Below are positions 61,808 to 64,000 of a stretch of 64,000 nucleotides of DNA, piece by piece. The notes beneath the pieces were generated by a model that had not been told where the DNA came from, searched no databases, and saw nothing but the letters and a program-made list of their open reading frames with translations. The DNA is taken from the NCBI GenBank assembly GCA_964489425.1, contig CAZAYP010000002.1:82725-146724 (forward strand). The letters run 5' to 3'. Both the position numbers and the translations under genes were made by a program. Source of the stretch: an uncultured Verrucomicrobiota bacterium (GTDB taxonomy: Bacteria > Verrucomicrobiota > Kiritimatiellia > RZYC01 > CAZAYP01). The stretch's first letter is position 1, and the number at the start of each line of letters is the position of its first letter.

Positions 61808-64000
61808 TCAATTGGGCGGCGGGACAAAATAGAAGCCGTTGTTCACCCAGATCGTGTAATAGCACGCCTGGCCCGAGGGAACCGGGCCGTGCCGGTACAC
61901 CTGGTTGGTATCCTCGTAGATAATCGCGCCGTCAGCGGCATTGGAGGGGTAATGCTCGGGATGGTACATGACCCGCACCAGTTGGTTGGAAAGCCCGCAG
62001 ATGAGCGGGTTGGTCCATCGCAGGACCACGTTGCTCTCGAACGCAAAAGCCTGGAACCAGAACGCCGGGTAGCCGGTGGTGATGGTGTAGAGGCTGGTGG
62101 CCTGGTTGTTCAGCTCGTTGTTTTCCGCCAGCGTGTTCTGGCTGTCCACGAACGCGCGGAAGGTTTTCTGGCCGTTGACCGATCCGGTCTCCAGCCGGTT
62201 GAAGCTGATGATCTTGGTCTGGTTGGTCGCCAGCAGGCCGACCACGGACGATAAATCGCCCAGTTCTCCGGCGGCCGCCGTGGTGGTCTTGTTCACCCAC
62301 ACGGACAGCACGCCGGCGTTGACCGGTTCCGTGCTTTTGTTTTGTACCAGCACGTGGGCATCCAGCGTGCGGTCGTAATCGTCGTAATAAATGCTCATGG
62401 CCAGGATGGCCACGTCCACGTGCCGGTATACTTCGAACCGGCCCGTGACGGCGCGGGTTTGATCCAGGGCCATGGTCAGCGGGTTCTGGTTGGTCTGCGC
62501 GTTCGGAACCCCGAGCCAGCCGCCGAACATGTAGCCGGCGGACGGCGCCGCGGTGATCGTGATGCTGCCGCCCAGCGCGTACCAGCCGGCATTGGAACCA
62601 CGGACCACGCCGGGTCCGGCTGCGGCGCGCGAAAAATAGACGTTGGTCTTCCACAACCAGGAGAGGACTGCATCGTTGGTGACCAGCATGACGCAGTTCG
62701 AGCCGGTGCCGCTGGCGGGCGCGTGGTCGCTCAGGCTCCAGCCGTGGCCCACGTACTGGGTGCCGTCGCCGGTCAGCACCGCGCCGGTCAGGCGGTTCGT
62801 GATGCTGGTTCCGTAGCGGTTGGTCCACCAACCGGCCTCCGGGCTGCAGCCCCCATGTTCGCTCAGGATCCACAGGGTGTGGTGGTCGCGCCTAAAATGG
62901 GCGGCAATGGACCGGGCGCGGTTCATGACCAGGGTGATGGCCAGATCGTTCGTGTTGGCCGCGGGCACGTCGCCGCGCCAGCCATGGAAGGAAACCAGGG
63001 CCGCGGGTTCGGCGGTGACGGTCACGCTGCTGCCCATGGCGTACCAGCCGGTGACTGCGCCGGTGACCTGCCCCGTGCCCACGGCCTGCGCCTGGAACAG
63101 CACGTTGGTGGCGCCCCAGAGCCAGGTGAGGGTGGCGTCGTTGGTCAGCGCCAGCCGCAGGTTGGTGGCCGTGCCCGAAATGGCGTCCACGCCGGCCAGC
63201 GACCATCCGGCCGCCACGTACTGCGTGCCGGCCGCATCCACGGCCGGCGTCCAAATCCAGTTGGTGAGCAGGGCCCCATGGCCCACGGTGTGCACGCCGG
63301 CCGGTGGGCAGGCCGTGCCGTGCTCGCTCAGCACCGTGAATTGCCGCGTTTCGCTCCAGAACCGCGAGGTGACGCAGTGCCGGCTGTCGAGGGTCAGCGT
63401 GAGCGGGTTGTTGTTGGTCAGCACGGCGGGGAGGTCGCCGGCCCAGCCGGCAAAATGGGCGCCGGCGGATGGCACGGCGGTGACCGTCACGGAGCCCCCC
63501 AGGGGATACCAGCCGCTGGCGTGGCCGTGGTTGAGGCCGCCGGCCTGTGCCGCGGCATCGAAGCGCACCAGGGTTCCGCCTTCCCACAGCCAGGTCAGCG
63601 TGGCGTTGTTGGTGATGGTCATGGCCATGATGTTGGTGGTCCCGGAGGCCGGGCTGTGCCCCGCCAGGATCCAGCCGGAGCAGACCCTTTGCGTCCCCTG
63701 GCCGGCGGCGGCCGGCGACACCACCTGGTTGATGAGGGTGCAATGATCGTCGTAGGAATACATGCCTGGCGCCGGAGTGGCCGGGCCATACGCCGAGTCC
63801 ACCGTCAGGGCGTACTGGTCAATGTGAAAGCGGGCCGTGACCGACCGCGCGCAGTCCATGGCCAGGGTGATGGCCGGATTGTTGGTCAACAGGTCGGGCA
63901 GGTCGCCGGCCCAGCCCTTGAACACCGCGTAGGCATTGGGGGTCGCCGTAACCGTCACGCTGGAGCCCCAGGCTTTCCAGCCGCCGGTTGACCCGTCCAC
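61808..64000 (-). CDS. Partial (N-terminus beyond the window) giant surface protein with InlB-B-repeat-like domains, a CARDB-like domain and a C-terminal FN3-like segment
   Basis: Recurrent ...F.GWAGDLP..LTNNP(L/I)TL.MD..R.VTA.F units; CARDB-like NAGVLSVWVNK...FVDSQNTLAENNELNNQAT. The ORF is open at 64000. Confidence 0.8.
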   Translation of the reverse strand: MDGSTGGWKAWGSSVTVTATPNAYAVFKGWAGDLPDLLTNNPAITLAMDCARSVTARFHIDQYALTVDSAYGPATPAPGMYSYDDHCTLINQVVSPAAAGQGTQRVCSGWILAGHSPASGTTNIMAMTITNNATLTWLWEGGTLVRFDAAAQAGGLNHGHASGWYPLGGSVTVTAVPSAGAHFAGWAGDLPAVLTNNNPLTLTLDSRHCVTSRFWSETRQFTVLSEHGTACPPAGVHTVGHGALLTNWIWTPAVDAAGTQYVAAGWSLAGVDAISGTATNLRLALTNDATLTWLWGATNVLFQAQAVGTGQVTGAVTGWYAMGSSVTVTAEPAALVSFHGWRGDVPAANTNDLAITLVMNRARSIAAHFRRDHHTLWILSEHGGCSPEAGWWTNRYGTSITNRLTGAVLTGDGTQYVGHGWSLSDHAPASGTGSNCVMLVTNDAVLSWLWKTNVYFSRAAAGPGVVRGSNAGWYALGGSITITAAPSAGYMFGGWLGVPNAQTNQNPLTMALDQTRAVTGRFEVYRHVDVAILAMSIYYDDYDRTLDAHVLVQNKSTEPVNAGVLSVWVNKTTTAAAGELGDLSSVVGLLATNQTKIISFNRLETGSVNGQKTFRAFVDSQNTLAENNELNNQATSLYTITTGYPAFWFQAFAFESNVVLRWTNPLICGLSNQLVRVMYHPEHYPSNAADGAIIYEDTNQVYRHGPVPSGQACYYTIWVNNGFYFVPPPN

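Noticed and set aside
1-64000. tRNA, rRNA or tmRNA genes
   Set aside because: No GTTCGA(A/G)TCC-type T-arm motifs within cloverleaf-length contexts and no rRNA-like conserved blocks were seen. A tRNAscan or Infernal run would be needed for certainty.

Overview
This is a high-GC (about 65%) accessory-type window. It is dominated by very large secreted multidomain proteins with signal peptides, and many genes start after AGGAGG-like ribosome-binding sites. The composition (giant LamG, MBG and InlB-B-repeat proteins) is reminiscent of the PVC superphylum; that is inference only.

Gene content, left to right:
- A partial membrane-protein fragment and two tandem STAS anti-sigma-factor antagonists.
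- A 1650-aa GH13 alpha-amylase with triplicated N-terminal beta-modules.
- A divergent pair of giant genes: a 2929-aa MBG/LamG surface protein carrying a ~3.2-kb internal tandem duplication, and a 2825-aa protein fusing a GH13_5-like amylase, thrombospondin-type-3 calcium-binding repeats and a GH57-like domain.
- A MEDS-domain protein and a hybrid PAS histidine kinase with receiver domains.
- A small LamG protein, a 50-aa small basic protein, an FmdB zinc-ribbon protein, a Cas4-like PD-(D/E)XK nuclease with Fe-S cysteines, and a lipoprotein.
- A locus of secreted proteins: a 574-aa unknown, three tandem paralogs with a tail-fibre-like N-terminal motif, a 2958-aa protein with three LamG domains, and a TSP3-repeat protein.
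- prfC, a Zn-ribbon SAM methyltransferase, a secreted RHS/YD-repeat protein with an uncharacterised C-terminal domain, a GH31+PA14 glycosidase, a CBM-esterase, a YhhQ-family transporter, and a partial InlB-B-repeat/CARDB giant protein.

Non-coding structure:
- A ~208-bp MITE-like element in three copies (one internally deleted), two nested inside other repeats.
- Two further repeat families sitting at gene 3' ends; one of them supplies the last codons and stop codon of the kinase gene.
- Degenerate GGATGAA heptamer tracts embedded in-frame within the kinase gene.
- Hexamer and hairpin repeats in intergenic regions.

I found no rRNA, tRNA or CRISPR array. The many long antisense ORFs in the six-frame track are high-GC shadow ORFs.
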